Of a stretch of DNA of 64,000 nucleotides, positions 46,265-56,101 are shown in pieces. Origin of the DNA: Terriglobia bacterium. GTDB taxonomy: Bacteria; Acidobacteriota; Polarisedimenticolia; Polarisedimenticolales; JAIQFR01. The translations under genes were made by a program, and so were the position numbers. A model generated the notes under the pieces. It was not told the origin of the DNA, made no database searches, and saw only the letters and a program-made list of their open reading frames with translations. Numbering within the stretch: position 1 is the first letter of the stretch; every line of letters begins with the position of its first letter. The stretch is from NCBI GenBank assembly GCA_963748015.1, contig CAVVHE010000004.1, forward strand, positions 320,001 through 384,000, read 5' to 3'.

Positions 46265-47812
46265 ATGACAGGGGACGGAAAGCCCGTGGCGGCGCCCGCG
46301 CATCCCGAGACCCCCGCCTCCGGGTTCGTTCGCGAGCTGGGGCTGCTCGATTCCACCATGATCGTCGCCGGGTCCATGATCGGGTCGGGGATCTTCATCG
46401 TCTCGGCGGACATCTCCCGTCTCGTGGGCTCCGCCGGGTGGCTCCTCGTCGCCTGGGCCGTGACGGGGCTCCTGACCGTCGCCGCGGCCCTCTCCTACGG
46501 CGAGCTGGCCTCGATGATGCCGGAAGCCGGCGGGCAATACGTCTACCTCCGCGAGGCGTACTCGCCGATGTGGGGGTTCCTTTACGGCTGGGCGCTGTTC
46601 CTCGTGATCCAGACGGGGACGATCGCCGCGGTGGGCGTGGCGTTCGCCCGGTTCCTCGGGGTCCTGCTCCCGTCCGTCTCGCCCGATCTCTGGATCGTCC
46701 GCCCGGTCCATCTGTCCTCCGGCTATGCCGTCAGCCTGTCGTCTCAGCAGCTGGTCGGGATCCTGTCGATCCTGCTCCTCACCTGGACCAACACCCGCGG
46801 GATCCGCCTCGGGAAGCTGATCCAGAACTCGCTGACCGCCGTCAAGACGCTCTCGCTGGCCGCCGTGATCCTCGTCGGTTTCCTGGTCGGACGGAACGCC
46901 GAGGTGATCGCGGCGAACTTCCGCGACCTGTGGGGGACGGCCGCGGCCACGGCCTCGGTCCGGTCGGACCTCTCCTTCGTGCCGGCGGTCTCGGCGGCAG
47001 GGGGAGCGCTCGGGCTGCTCGTGGCGTTCTGCGTCGCCCAGGTCGGCTCGCTCTTCTCGTCGGACGCCTGGAACAACGTGGGGTTCGCCGCGGGAGAGGT
47101 GAAGGCGCCCCGGCGGACGATCCCGCTGGCGATGGCGCTCGGGACCGGCATCGTGACCCTGCTGTACTTCCTCGCGAACGTGTCGTACGTCTCGGTGCTG
47201 CCCCTCTCGGCGATCCAGCAAGCCCCCGACGACCGGGTCGGGACCGCGTTCCTCGGAATCCTGTTCGGGCCGTGGGGCGCGACCTTGATGGCCGGCGCGA
47301 TCGTGATCTCGACCTTCGGCTGCAACAACGGCCTGATCCTGGCCGGGGCGAGGGTGTACTACGCGATGGCGCGCGACCGGCTGTTCTTCCGGCCCGTCGG
47401 CCGCCTCAACGAGCGGCACGTTCCCGCGATGGGGCTCTGGTGGCAGGGGATCTGGGCCTCGCTCCTGATCCTGCCGCGCACCCGCCTGGGAGCGGGGCCG
47501 GAGGGCGCCGAGCGCTACGGCAACCTGTACGGGAACCTGCTCGACTACGTGGTCTTCGCGGTGCTGATCTTCTACGGCCTGACGCTGGTGGGCCTGTTCG
47601 TTCTGCGGCGCCGCCTGCCGGACGCGCCCCGTCCGTACCGGGCTTTCGGCTACCCGTTCGTGCCCGCGCTCTACCTCGCGGCGGCGGCCGTGATCCTGGC
47701 GGTGCTGCTGCTCTACCGGACCCAGACGACCTGGCCCGGCCTCGTGATCGTCGTCAGCGGCGTTCCGGTGTATTTCCTCTGGCGGCGGGCGCGGGCGGCC
47801 GCCGGCGCGTAG
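46265..47812 (+). CDS. APC-family amino acid permease
   Basis: GSMIGSGIF, ELASMMPEAGGQYVYL, GEVKAPRRTIP, ARVYYAMARD, RPYRAFGYP. Confidence 0.9.
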   Translation: MTGDGKPVAAPAHPETPASGFVRELGLLDSTMIVAGSMIGSGIFIVSADISRLVGSAGWLLVAWAVTGLLTVAAALSYGELASMMPEAGGQYVYLREAYSPMWGFLYGWALFLVIQTGTIAAVGVAFARFLGVLLPSVSPDLWIVRPVHLSSGYAVSLSSQQLVGILSILLLTWTNTRGIRLGKLIQNSLTAVKTLSLAAVILVGFLVGRNAEVIAANFRDLWGTAAATASVRSDLSFVPAVSAAGGALGLLVAFCVAQVGSLFSSDAWNNVGFAAGEVKAPRRTIPLAMALGTGIVTLLYFLANVSYVSVLPLSAIQQAPDDRVGTAFLGILFGPWGATLMAGAIVISTFGCNNGLILAGARVYYAMARDRLFFRPVGRLNERHVPAMGLWWQGIWASLLILPRTRLGAGPEGAERYGNLYGNLLDYVVFAVLIFYGLTLVGLFVLRRRLPDAPRPYRAFGYPFVPALYLAAAAVILAVLLLYRTQTTWPGLVIVVSGVPVYFLWRRARAAAGA

Positions 47813-47861
47813 AATCCGGAACCGCCGCCCGCGACGGGCGCGAAATCGAAGGAGGGTCTCC

Positions 47862-49403
47862 GTGGCGCGTCAGATCTTCGCGAGGAAGCCCCTCGAGATG
47901 CTGCTCGAGGAGATGAAGGGCGAGAACCGGCTGCGGCGGATCCTGGGGCCCGTGCAGCTCTCGAGCCTCGGGATCGGCGCGATCATCGGCGCCGGGATCT
48001 TCGTCCTCACGGGGAAGGCGGCGCACGACAACGCCGGCCCCGCGCTGATCCTCTCGTTCGTGGTCTCGGGGATCGGCTGCATCTTCGCGGCGCTGTGCTA
48101 CGCGGAGTTCGCCTCGATGGTCCCCGTGGCCGGGTCGGCCTACACCTACGCCTACGCGACGATGGGCGAGCTGTTCGCCTGGATCATCGGGTGGGACCTG
48201 GTGCTTGAATACACGGTCGTTTCCGCCACGGTGGCCAACAGCTGGTCGCACTACTTCCAGGACTTCCTGTCGGTGTTCGGCATCAAGCTCCCACATGGCC
48301 TGGGGCTCAGTCCCTGGGACTACGACCAGACGGTCGGGAAGATCGTCTCCACGGGCTCGCACATCGATCTCCCCGCGATGATCATCACGGCGGTCATCAC
48401 CGCCGTCCTGGTCAAGGGGATCCGCGAGAGCGCCAGCTTCAACACCGCCATGGTCGCGGTCAAGCTCGCCGTGGTCCTCTTCGTCATCGTCGTCGGCTCG
48501 TTCTACGTCAACCCGGCCAACTGGCACCCGTTCGCGCCGTACGGCCTCACAGGGGTCAGCTTCTTCGGGAAGTCGGTGCTCGGCATGGCCGACCCTTCCG
48601 GGAAGCCCCTCGGGATGCTGGCCGGTGCCGCCTTCGTCTTCTTCGCCTACATCGGGTTCGACTCGGTCTCGACCCACGCCGAGGAGGCGCGGCGCCCGCA
48701 CCGGGACGTCCCGATCGGGATCGTCGCGTCGCTCCTCATCTGCACCGTCCTCTACATCGCGGTGGCCGCGGTCCTGACCGGGATGGTCCCTTACCAGGAG
48801 ATCAACATCAACTCGCCGGTCTCGAGCGCCTTCGGCTCGGTCGGCCTGCCGTGGGCCCAGGTCCTGATCGCGGTCGGAGCGCTGTTCGGCATCACGTCGG
48901 TGCTGCTCGTCATGATGCTCAGCCAGCCGCGGGTCCTGCTCGCGATCGCCCGCGACGGCCTGCTGCCGCAGAGCTTCTTCGGCGCCGTCCACGAGAAGTT
49001 CCGCACCCCCTGGAAGTCCACGATCCTGACCGGCGTCGTCGTCGCGGTGCTGGCCGGCTTCGTGCCGCTCCGGATCCTGGCCGAGCTGACCAACATCGGC
49101 ACCTTGCTCGCCTTCATGATGGTGTGCGCCGCCGTGCTGATCATGCGCGTCACGCACCCCCACGCCCATCGCCCGTTCCGCGCCCCGTTCTCGCCCCTCG
49201 TCCCGATCCTCGGGATCGCGATCTGCCTCCTGCTGATGTTCTCGCTCCCGGTCGAGAACTGGTGGCGCCTCGGCGTCTGGCTCCTCGGGGGACTCGTCAT
49301 CTACTTCGGCTACGGCAAGCGGCGCAGCGTCATGGCTCGCTTCCTCGCCAACGGCGGCGTCATGCCCGCCGTCCCCGCCGTCGATCCCCCGGAGTCCAGC
49401 TAG
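47862..49403 (+). CDS. APC-family (CAT-like) amino acid permease
   Basis: GAIIGAGIF, CYAEFASMVPVAGSAYTY, FFAYIGFD, ARDGLLP, NIGTL. Confidence 0.92.
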   Translation: MARQIFARKPLEMLLEEMKGENRLRRILGPVQLSSLGIGAIIGAGIFVLTGKAAHDNAGPALILSFVVSGIGCIFAALCYAEFASMVPVAGSAYTYAYATMGELFAWIIGWDLVLEYTVVSATVANSWSHYFQDFLSVFGIKLPHGLGLSPWDYDQTVGKIVSTGSHIDLPAMIITAVITAVLVKGIRESASFNTAMVAVKLAVVLFVIVVGSFYVNPANWHPFAPYGLTGVSFFGKSVLGMADPSGKPLGMLAGAAFVFFAYIGFDSVSTHAEEARRPHRDVPIGIVASLLICTVLYIAVAAVLTGMVPYQEININSPVSSAFGSVGLPWAQVLIAVGALFGITSVLLVMMLSQPRVLLAIARDGLLPQSFFGAVHEKFRTPWKSTILTGVVVAVLAGFVPLRILAELTNIGTLLAFMMVCAAVLIMRVTHPHAHRPFRAPFSPLVPILGIAICLLLMFSLPVENWWRLGVWLLGGLVIYFGYGKRRSVMARFLANGGVMPAVPAVDPPESS

Positions 49404-49453
49404 GAGCCCGCCTGCGCTTCCCGGCGGGCCTCGCGTCGCTCGCGCTACCGCCC

Positions 49454-49642
49454 GGCCGGGTCCGAGAGCGTCCTCGCCGGCCCGGAAAAGGGCCGTCTGC
49501 GGCGCTCTCGGACCCGGCCCCGTCGTGGTCAGCGATTGCGGCGTGCCGCAGGCAAACCAAGAGCCCGGCCGGGGGGAGCCCAGGGACGTCCGCAGACGGC
49601 CCTTTTCCGGGCCGGCGAGGAACGTCCCTGGGCTCCCCCCGG
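49454..49642. repeat. Pair of hairpin (REP-like) elements sharing an inverted 32-nt core
   Basis: Unit 1 (49454-49519) has a 17-bp stem around TCCTCGCCGGCCCGGAAAAGGGCCGTCTGCGG. Unit 2 (49569-49642) has a different 21-bp stem around the exact reverse complement. Confidence 0.85.
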
Positions 49643-49710
49643 ACGGGCGTAGCTGGGCCCAAGGGATGATCGGCTCGGAAGGTTTACGGGGGGAGGGGAG
49701 GGAAGCCGGG

Positions 49711-49738
49711 CCCGGGGGCGCGGTGGCGCGCCCCCGGG
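49711..49738. terminator. GC-rich hairpin downstream of exbD (probable terminator)
   Basis: CCCGGGGGCGCG-GTGG-CGCGCCCCCGGG, a 12-bp perfect stem between convergent genes. Confidence 0.55.
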
Positions 49739-49759
49739 TTGGGTCGAGTTCTTAGGGGG

Positions 49760-50248
49760 TCAATCCAGGCCGGACGAGAGCTTTTCGTCGGTCACGATCG
49801 CCATCTTGAGCCCCTCGACGCCGCTCTTCGCGACGTCGAGAATCTGGATGATGCCCTCGTAGTTGAGCTTCTCCTGGGCCGCGACAAACACGATCCGACT
49901 GGACTGCTTCTTGTTCTTGAAGATCTCCTCGATCTTCGCCTTGAGGGCGTCCACCCGCACCGGCTCCTTGTTGAGCTTCACCGTGCAGCCCGGCGGGAGG
50001 CCGGCCGAGGTGATGGCGCCTGTAATCGGGCAATCCGCCTCGGAGATCGACATGATGATCTGCGTGTCGGAGGAGGGATCGGGCGGGAGGGGCGTGTTCG
50101 TCTCCCGCGGGATCTGCACGTCGTAGCCGCGCTGGGACAGCGGCGTCATCACCATGAAGATGATGAGCAAGACCAGCACGACGTCCACGAGGGGCGTCAC
50201 GTTGATGTCGGACTGAAGCCCCCCCTTGCCGCCAACTGCCATTCCCAT
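49760..50248 (-). CDS. exbD: ExbD/TolR family protein
   Basis: SDINVTPLVDVVLVLLIIFMV. Confidence 0.9.
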   Translation of the reverse strand: MGMAVGGKGGLQSDINVTPLVDVVLVLLIIFMVMTPLSQRGYDVQIPRETNTPLPPDPSSDTQIIMSISEADCPITGAITSAGLPPGCTVKLNKEPVRVDALKAKIEEIFKNKKQSSRIVFVAAQEKLNYEGIIQILDVAKSGVEGLKMAIVTDEKLSSGLD

Positions 50249-50264
50249 GGTGTCACCGCTCCTG

Positions 50265-50675
50265 CTAGGCCTTCTGCCGTTTTTCCGTCACTAGGCCGAT
50301 GTTCGAGAAGCCGGCGTCCCGGATCTTCATCATGGTCTTCTTGACGTCGCCGTAGGTGAGGCGCGAGTCGGCCTTGATGACGACGCTGGCGTTCAGGTTC
50401 CTGTCGAACGCCTCCTTGATGGCCGCCGGGAAAGCCGCCTCCGTCATCTTCGCCTTGTCGATCCAGTACTCGTGCTTCTCCGAGACGACGACCATGATCT
50501 GGCTCTTGTCCTCGGCCTGCTTGTCGGGGTTGTCGGTCATGGGCAGCTTCACGGCCTGGCCCTTCTGGAGCATCGGGGTCACGACCATGAAGATGATCAA
50601 GAGGACCAGCACGACGTCCACGAGGGGCGTCACGTTGATCTCCGACTTTACGTCTGCGGCCTTAATGGGCCCCAT
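50265..50675 (-). CDS. exbD: ExbD/TolR family protein
   Basis: SEINVTPLVDVVLVLLIIFMV; IKADSRLTYG. Confidence 0.9.
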   Translation of the reverse strand: MGPIKAADVKSEINVTPLVDVVLVLLIIFMVVTPMLQKGQAVKLPMTDNPDKQAEDKSQIMVVVSEKHEYWIDKAKMTEAAFPAAIKEAFDRNLNASVVIKADSRLTYGDVKKTMMKIRDAGFSNIGLVTEKRQKA

Positions 50676-51345
50676 GAGACGCCCCGTGCTTCTTCAGGAA
50701 GAAGTCGAGCAGCTCCGCGGAGGAGTTCGACATCTCGATCTGGAAGCGCTCGAGCCGGTTGGTGAAGTAGTTGAACGCCATCACCGCGGGGATCGCGACG
50801 AGGAGGCCGAACGCGGTCGTGATCAGCGCCTCGGCGATGCCGGCGGAAACCGCGGCGAGACCGCCCGATCCGCTCGTCGCCATGCCGGTGAACGCGTTGA
50901 TGATGCCCATCACGGTGCCGAACAGGCCGATGAACGGGGCCGTGGAGCCGATCGTGGCCAGGCCGCCGAGCCCCTTCTTCATCTCCGCGGAGGTGATCGC
51001 GGTCTCACGCTCGAGAGCGCGCGTCACGGCGCCGACGACATCGAAGCTCGCTGCCGCGGCGAAATCCTGGTTCTGGAACTCGAGAAGCCCGGCCGAGACG
51101 ACCCTCGCGATGTGGGACTTGCCGAACTCCTTCGACTTGTCCACGGCACCCTGGAGGTTGTTCTCCTTCAGGCACTTCACGAGCGCCGGGAGGAACTCGA
51201 TCGACTGCTTCTTGGCGGCGCGGTAGGTCATGAACTTCTCGATCATGACGGCGATGGAGTAGACCGAGAGGATCAGGAGGAAGATGATCACCATCCTCGC
51301 CACCCAACCCGACTCGGCGAACATCTGGGTCAAGGACATGTTCAT
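50662..51345 (-). CDS. exbB: MotA/TolQ/ExbB proton channel
   Basis: AAGGAG RBS; LATIGSTAPFIGLFGTV; GIAEALITTAFGLLVAIPA. Confidence 0.92.
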   Translation of the reverse strand: MNMSLTQMFAESGWVARMVIIFLLILSVYSIAVMIEKFMTYRAAKKQSIEFLPALVKCLKENNLQGAVDKSKEFGKSHIARVVSAGLLEFQNQDFAAAASFDVVGAVTRALERETAITSAEMKKGLGGLATIGSTAPFIGLFGTVMGIINAFTGMATSGSGGLAAVSAGIAEALITTAFGLLVAIPAVMAFNYFTNRLERFQIEMSNSSAELLDFFLKKHGASHGAH

Positions 51346-51385
51346 GGGCTGACTCCTTGAAGAACTCGGCTCCTGCCGGCTTCGG

Positions 51386-52141
51386 TCAGTTGAGCGTAAA
51401 CTCGACCACAATGGAGAAATAGATCTTCACCGGACGACCGTTTTGCCGCGCCGGCTTGTACTTCCACTTCTTCACGGCCTGGATGGCGGACTCGTCGAGC
51501 ATGGGGTTCCCCTTGAGCACCGTCACCCCCTCGACGTCCCCCTCCTCGTTGATGATCGCCTGCAGCATGACCCGCCCCTGGATGCGCGCCTTCCGCGCCA
51601 TCTCCGGGTAGACCGGGTCCACCTTCAGGATTCGCTCGGGAGGATCCATGTCGGGCGCGAGCGGGACCGGCTCGGTCGCGCCGCCCTCGACGCCGCCGAG
51701 GACGCCGCCGATCGTGCCGCCGAGGACGCCGCCGACGACGCCGCCGATCACGCCGCCCTCGACGCCGCCCTCGACGCCGCCGTCGACGCCGCCGTCGACA
51801 CCGTCGGACTCGGGAGCCGAGGGAGCCTTCGGGACCTCTTTCGGCACGACGGTGGGCTGGACGATCTCATTGGGAGTGACGGGCTTGATCTCGACCGGCT
51901 TCACCGTCTGCGGGGTGGACCGCTTCGGCGGCGGAGGCGGGGGAGGAGGCGGCGGAGGCGGAGCGACGGCCCCCGTGAACGTGATCATCAGGTCGGGGTC
52001 CTGAACAGCCTCGACGATGATGTACGAGGCGCCGACGATCGCTCCGATCAGGAGCGCGTGCAGGCCGAAGGCGACCGGGAAGGCCCACGGGTTCTCTTTT
52101 TCGCCCTTGCCCTTCCGGCTTTCGATCATCGTGTCGAACAT
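51386..52141 (-). CDS. tonB: Energy transducer TonB
   Basis: N-terminal TM with His, poly-Pro, GGVxGGV repeats, TonB_C (PVYPEMARKARIQGRV...WKYKPA). Confidence 0.9.
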   Translation of the reverse strand: MFDTMIESRKGKGEKENPWAFPVAFGLHALLIGAIVGASYIIVEAVQDPDLMITFTGAVAPPPPPPPPPPPPKRSTPQTVKPVEIKPVTPNEIVQPTVVPKEVPKAPSAPESDGVDGGVDGGVEGGVEGGVIGGVVGGVLGGTIGGVLGGVEGGATEPVPLAPDMDPPERILKVDPVYPEMARKARIQGRVMLQAIINEEGDVEGVTVLKGNPMLDESAIQAVKKWKYKPARQNGRPVKIYFSIVVEFTLN

Positions 52142-52165
52142 GGGATTGCCCGCCCTTCCCGTGGC

Positions 52166-53008
52166 TCAGGCCGCCTTGGCGGCAGCGAGGTTCTTCTTCC
52201 GGGCTTCCCCGGCCCGCTTGGTGAACTCCTGCGATTTCTCCATGGCGGCCTGGAACGCGGCCTGATCGCCCGCGGCGCTCGCGAGTTTGGCCTTCTCCCG
52301 GTACAGGAGGTTGATGTAGACGAGCGACTCGAAGTAGTCCGGATCGAGCGAGATGGCCTTCTCGAGGGCCTTCATCCCGGTGGGAATGAGCAGGTCGATG
52401 CGCTCCTGATCGGCGACCAGCAGGCCGCCCTTGGAGGAGCGCTCCCAGCACAGCACGCCGATGGTGTACCAGGCTTCCTTGTTGGAGGGCTCGAGCTCGG
52501 CGCGCTTCGAGAACCACTTGAGCGCGTTCGGGAAGTCCGGCTTCTTGGCGTACAGGCCGGCCAGCTGGGCGGCGAACATCGCGTTGTTGGGCTCTTTCTT
52601 GACCAGCTCCTCGTAGAACGCGATCGCCTTGTCGGCCTGGTTTGCGGCCTGGAGCAGGCCGACGTAGAAGCCGCGGACCTTTTCCGCCGTCTCCGTGTCC
52701 GGGGCCTTCATCGCGAGGAGCTTCTCGAGGGCCACGGCGGCCTTATCGGCGTACTCGAGGTCCTTCGGATGGGTCGAGTTCGGGTGGTACATGGCCAGCA
52801 AGGAGACGGCAATCTGGTAGTTCGTCGTCCAGTCGTTCGGCGCGATCGAAAGCACCTTCTGATACAGGCCGATGGCTTCCTCGTACTTCTGACCCTTGTA
52901 GGCCTTGTTCGCCTCGTTCATGTAGTAGCGGAACCGGATGGAATCGCAGCCGGGAAGCGCGAGCGCTAGGGCGCCGAACATGAGGAATGAAACTAGTCTG
53001 CGGCTCAT
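52166..53008 (-). CDS. TPR lipoprotein
   Basis: Lipobox LPGC; TPR helices; first gene of the TonB/ExbBD operon. Confidence 0.8.
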   Translation of the reverse strand: MSRRLVSFLMFGALALALPGCDSIRFRYYMNEANKAYKGQKYEEAIGLYQKVLSIAPNDWTTNYQIAVSLLAMYHPNSTHPKDLEYADKAAVALEKLLAMKAPDTETAEKVRGFYVGLLQAANQADKAIAFYEELVKKEPNNAMFAAQLAGLYAKKPDFPNALKWFSKRAELEPSNKEAWYTIGVLCWERSSKGGLLVADQERIDLLIPTGMKALEKAISLDPDYFESLVYINLLYREKAKLASAAGDQAAFQAAMEKSQEFTKRAGEARKKNLAAAKAA

Positions 53009-53297
53009 GGACGCTCCGTTGGGTCAGCGATGCGGCGTCGCCGGGTAATTCACCTCCCGCCGGGATTCTCGACTCGTCTCCGGCGGGCGGAAAGTTCTCG
53101 CTTCCGCGTTCGAGAACGGGTAACTAGCCCACGTCTCCAGCGTCATCCTCTACACGTAGAACTCGGGTCGCCTACCTCCTCCAAGATTCTAGCAGAATTA
53201 AAGCTACGGATGCCATGCGTGGGGACGAGGTCGTCGCGGAGGTGCGGAGTATTGTCAGCAGCGGCATTTCCGCCGCGAAACCGAGGGAATTCCACCC

Positions 53298-55040
53298 TCA
53301 CCGCCCGCCTCGCCCGAATGCCGCCGCCCAGCCCGCCACTCCCGCGGCGCCCCCGGCGAGCACCAGCGCGATCCCCACGACGGCCCGCCCGTGAGCCTCG
53401 GCGCCGGGAGACGCGACGGCGGCCACGAGGTCGCCAAGTCCGTGGCCGTGGGGCATCGCGAACAATCCGGCCGCCGCCACGAGGAACCCGACGGCTCCGG
53501 CCTGGAGCGGCCACGGCGTCTTGGCCGGTCTCCCATCGCGCCGTCCCACCACGCTGTGCACCCACCCGTACGAGGTGTAGATCGAGAGCCCGAGGGTCAG
53601 CCACCCGACGAACCTCCACCACGAGGCCGGCGGGAGGTAGAACATCAAGGCCAGGCAGGACGTCACGCCGAGGAGCGGGAAGAGCAGCGGTCCGAGCGGG
53701 ACCCGGAACGGCCGCCGGCGGGAAGGATCCCGGAAACGCAGGATCGGGATCCCGACGCAAACGAGCACGAACGCGAAGAGGGTGCCGATGTTCGTCAGGT
53801 CCACCATCTCGTCGATGCTCGCGAACGCGGCCACGCTGCCCACGGCCAGTCCGGTCATGATCGTGGTGACGTGAGGGGTCCGGAACCGCGGGTGCACCCT
53901 GGCGAAAGTCTGCGGGAGCAGGCCGTCGCGCGCCATCGAGAAGAAGATGCGGGGCTGGCCGAGCTGGAAAACGAGCAGGACCGCGGTGTGCGCGATGACC
54001 GAACCGAACGCCACGATCGTGCTCGCCCAGACGGCGCCTGGCGCCACGTGCTGGAGCGCCATGGTCAGCGGCTCGGCCTGCTCCACCGACAATCGCCGGG
54101 TCAGGTCCGGGTAGGGGACGAGGCCGGTGAACACCGCGGCGACCACGACGTACAGGACGGTGCAGATGGCGAGCGAGGCGAGGATCCCCACCGGAAGGTC
54201 GCGGGACGGGTTGCGGGTCTCCTCGGCGACCGTCGAGACCGCGTCGAAGCCGATGTAGGCGAAGAAGACGATGGCGGCGCCCGCGAGGGTCCCTCCCCAG
54301 CCCGCGGGCTGGAACGGAACCCAGTTTTGCGCCATGCGCGACGGCGGCACGAAGTAGAGCGCGATGCAGATGAAGAACAGCAGGACCACGATCTTGATAC
54401 CGACCATCACCGCGTTGAACTTGGCCGACTCCCGGATCCCCCAGACGAGCACGATCGTGATCAGGGCCACGATCCCGAACGCCACGACGTTGAGCACCAC
54501 GGGCACGCCGAAGACGTGCGGGGCGCTCTCGTAGAGGCCCGGGATCCGCGCCGCGGTCCGGTAGTCGGTGCAGAGCCAGAGGGGAAGCCGGATCCCGAAT
54601 CCCTCGAGAAGCGTGCGGAAGTAGTTGGCCCACGAGATCGCGACCGCCACGTTCCCCACCGCGTACTCGATGATCAGGTCCCACCCGATGATCCAGGCCA
54701 CCGCCTCTCCGAGGGTGGAGTAGGCGTAGGTATAGGCCGAGCCGGAGATCGGGACCATCGAGGCGAACTCGGCGTAGCAGAGCGCCGTGAACGCGCACAC
54801 GATCGCGGTTATCGCGAACGAGAGTGTCAGCGACGGGCCGGCGCCGGGCCGGGCGGCGTCGCCCGCCGCCGCGGTGCCGATCGTCGCGAAGATGCCCGCT
54901 CCGATGATCGCCCCGATGCCGAGGAGGGTGACGTGCACCGGGCCGAGCGCGCGCCGGAGGTGGACCCCGGTGGCCTCGGCCGACGCGAGGATGTCGTCCA
55001 GCTTCTTCGTCTTGAAGATGCCGAGCCGGGGGGGCGCCAT
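53298..55040 (-). CDS. APC-family (CAT-like) amino acid permease with extra C-terminal TMs
   Basis: Start MAPPRLGIFKTKK; GAIIGAGIF, CYAEFASMVP, FFAYIGFD, NIGTL. Confidence 0.9.
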   Translation of the reverse strand: MAPPRLGIFKTKKLDDILASAEATGVHLRRALGPVHVTLLGIGAIIGAGIFATIGTAAAGDAARPGAGPSLTLSFAITAIVCAFTALCYAEFASMVPISGSAYTYAYSTLGEAVAWIIGWDLIIEYAVGNVAVAISWANYFRTLLEGFGIRLPLWLCTDYRTAARIPGLYESAPHVFGVPVVLNVVAFGIVALITIVLVWGIRESAKFNAVMVGIKIVVLLFFICIALYFVPPSRMAQNWVPFQPAGWGGTLAGAAIVFFAYIGFDAVSTVAEETRNPSRDLPVGILASLAICTVLYVVVAAVFTGLVPYPDLTRRLSVEQAEPLTMALQHVAPGAVWASTIVAFGSVIAHTAVLLVFQLGQPRIFFSMARDGLLPQTFARVHPRFRTPHVTTIMTGLAVGSVAAFASIDEMVDLTNIGTLFAFVLVCVGIPILRFRDPSRRRPFRVPLGPLLFPLLGVTSCLALMFYLPPASWWRFVGWLTLGLSIYTSYGWVHSVVGRRDGRPAKTPWPLQAGAVGFLVAAAGLFAMPHGHGLGDLVAAVASPGAEAHGRAVVGIALVLAGGAAGVAGWAAAFGRGGR

Positions 55041-55183
55041 CAGGGTCGCGCCGCGGTCACGGCCGGAGAGGAATGGTCGGACACCCGCGAAGGTTATGGC
55101 GAAGGCGGCGATTCGGCAAGCGTGTTTCGCGGATTTGACCTCCCGCTCGCCGTCCCCCACCATTCACGCCGGGAGGTCGCGCG

Positions 55184-55816
55184 ATGAGACTCTCCGACGC
55201 CGAGCGGCGGCTCGTCCCGGCTCTCGCGGCGGGGCTGCCGGGAGCCGAGGCGCACCTGCTCCTGGCTCCGCGGCCGCGGCTGGGCTGGCGGCCCGGCGAG
55301 ATCCCCGCCGGAGCGAGGGCGGCCGCGGCGCTCGTGCTGTTGTACCCGGGCGCCCGTGGCGAGGCCCGCTTCGTCCTCACGCTGCGCCCGTCGAGCCTCG
55401 CCCGTCACGGAGGGCAGGTGTCGCTGCCCGGCGGCTCGGTCGAGCCGGGCGAGTCGGTCGAGGAGACCGCCCTGCGCGAGGCGCGGGAGGAGATCGGAGC
55501 GGACGCGGACGTCTTCCGCGTTCTCGGCCGCCTCTCGCCGCTCCACGTCCCGGTCAGCGGCTTCGTCATCCACCCCGTCCTGGCCTTCGCCTCTCTCCGC
55601 GGCGACCTGCGGCCGAGCGACGGCGAGGTCGCCGCGATCCTCGAGATACCGCTCCGCCACCTGCTCGATCCCGCGTCGCTCCGCGAGGAGCGCCGCACCC
55701 TCGCCGGCCAAGCCTACGAGATCCCGTTCTTCCACCTCGGCGGCCACAAGGTGTGGGGCGCCACCGCGATGATCCTCTCCGAGCTGGTCTGGCTACTCCG
55801 CGACGACCGTTGCTGA
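55184..55816 (+). CDS. Nudix hydrolase, CoA pyrophosphatase type
   Basis: LTLR...HGGQVSLPGG (NuCoA) and ETALREAREEIG Nudix box; VWGATA. Confidence 0.9.
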   Translation: MRLSDAERRLVPALAAGLPGAEAHLLLAPRPRLGWRPGEIPAGARAAAALVLLYPGARGEARFVLTLRPSSLARHGGQVSLPGGSVEPGESVEETALREAREEIGADADVFRVLGRLSPLHVPVSGFVIHPVLAFASLRGDLRPSDGEVAAILEIPLRHLLDPASLREERRTLAGQAYEIPFFHLGGHKVWGATAMILSELVWLLRDDRC

Positions 55817-56101
55817 CCGGAGCCTCGCAGCCCGCGTTCGGCCCGCGGCAGGGCCCTCGCGGCCCTCTCTTCGCGCGGCCGTCTCTTCCCCGGACGGCCG
55901 CGCGAAGAGCGGAGCGAGGAGGCGCGGCGACCGACGCCGCGCAACTCCGAAGCGTGCCGCGAGGACCCTGCCGCGGGGCGGACGCGGGCGGCTTGGACTA
56001 GCGGATCTGCGGCGGAGTGAGAGAACCACCCCCCGGGGTTTGGGGCCCCGGGGGGTGGCACGTGGCCGGAGCTTGAGGGGCCATGTAAGAGGGGAAGGGG
56101 G

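Noticed and set aside
51676..51805. 12-bp tandem repeats resembling an array
   Set aside because: They encode the GGVxGGV linker of TonB; there are no spacers or cas genes.
53202..53217. Sigma54-like TGGCAT upstream of the TPR-TonB operon
   Set aside because: The GG to GC spacing is 8 nt rather than the required 10.
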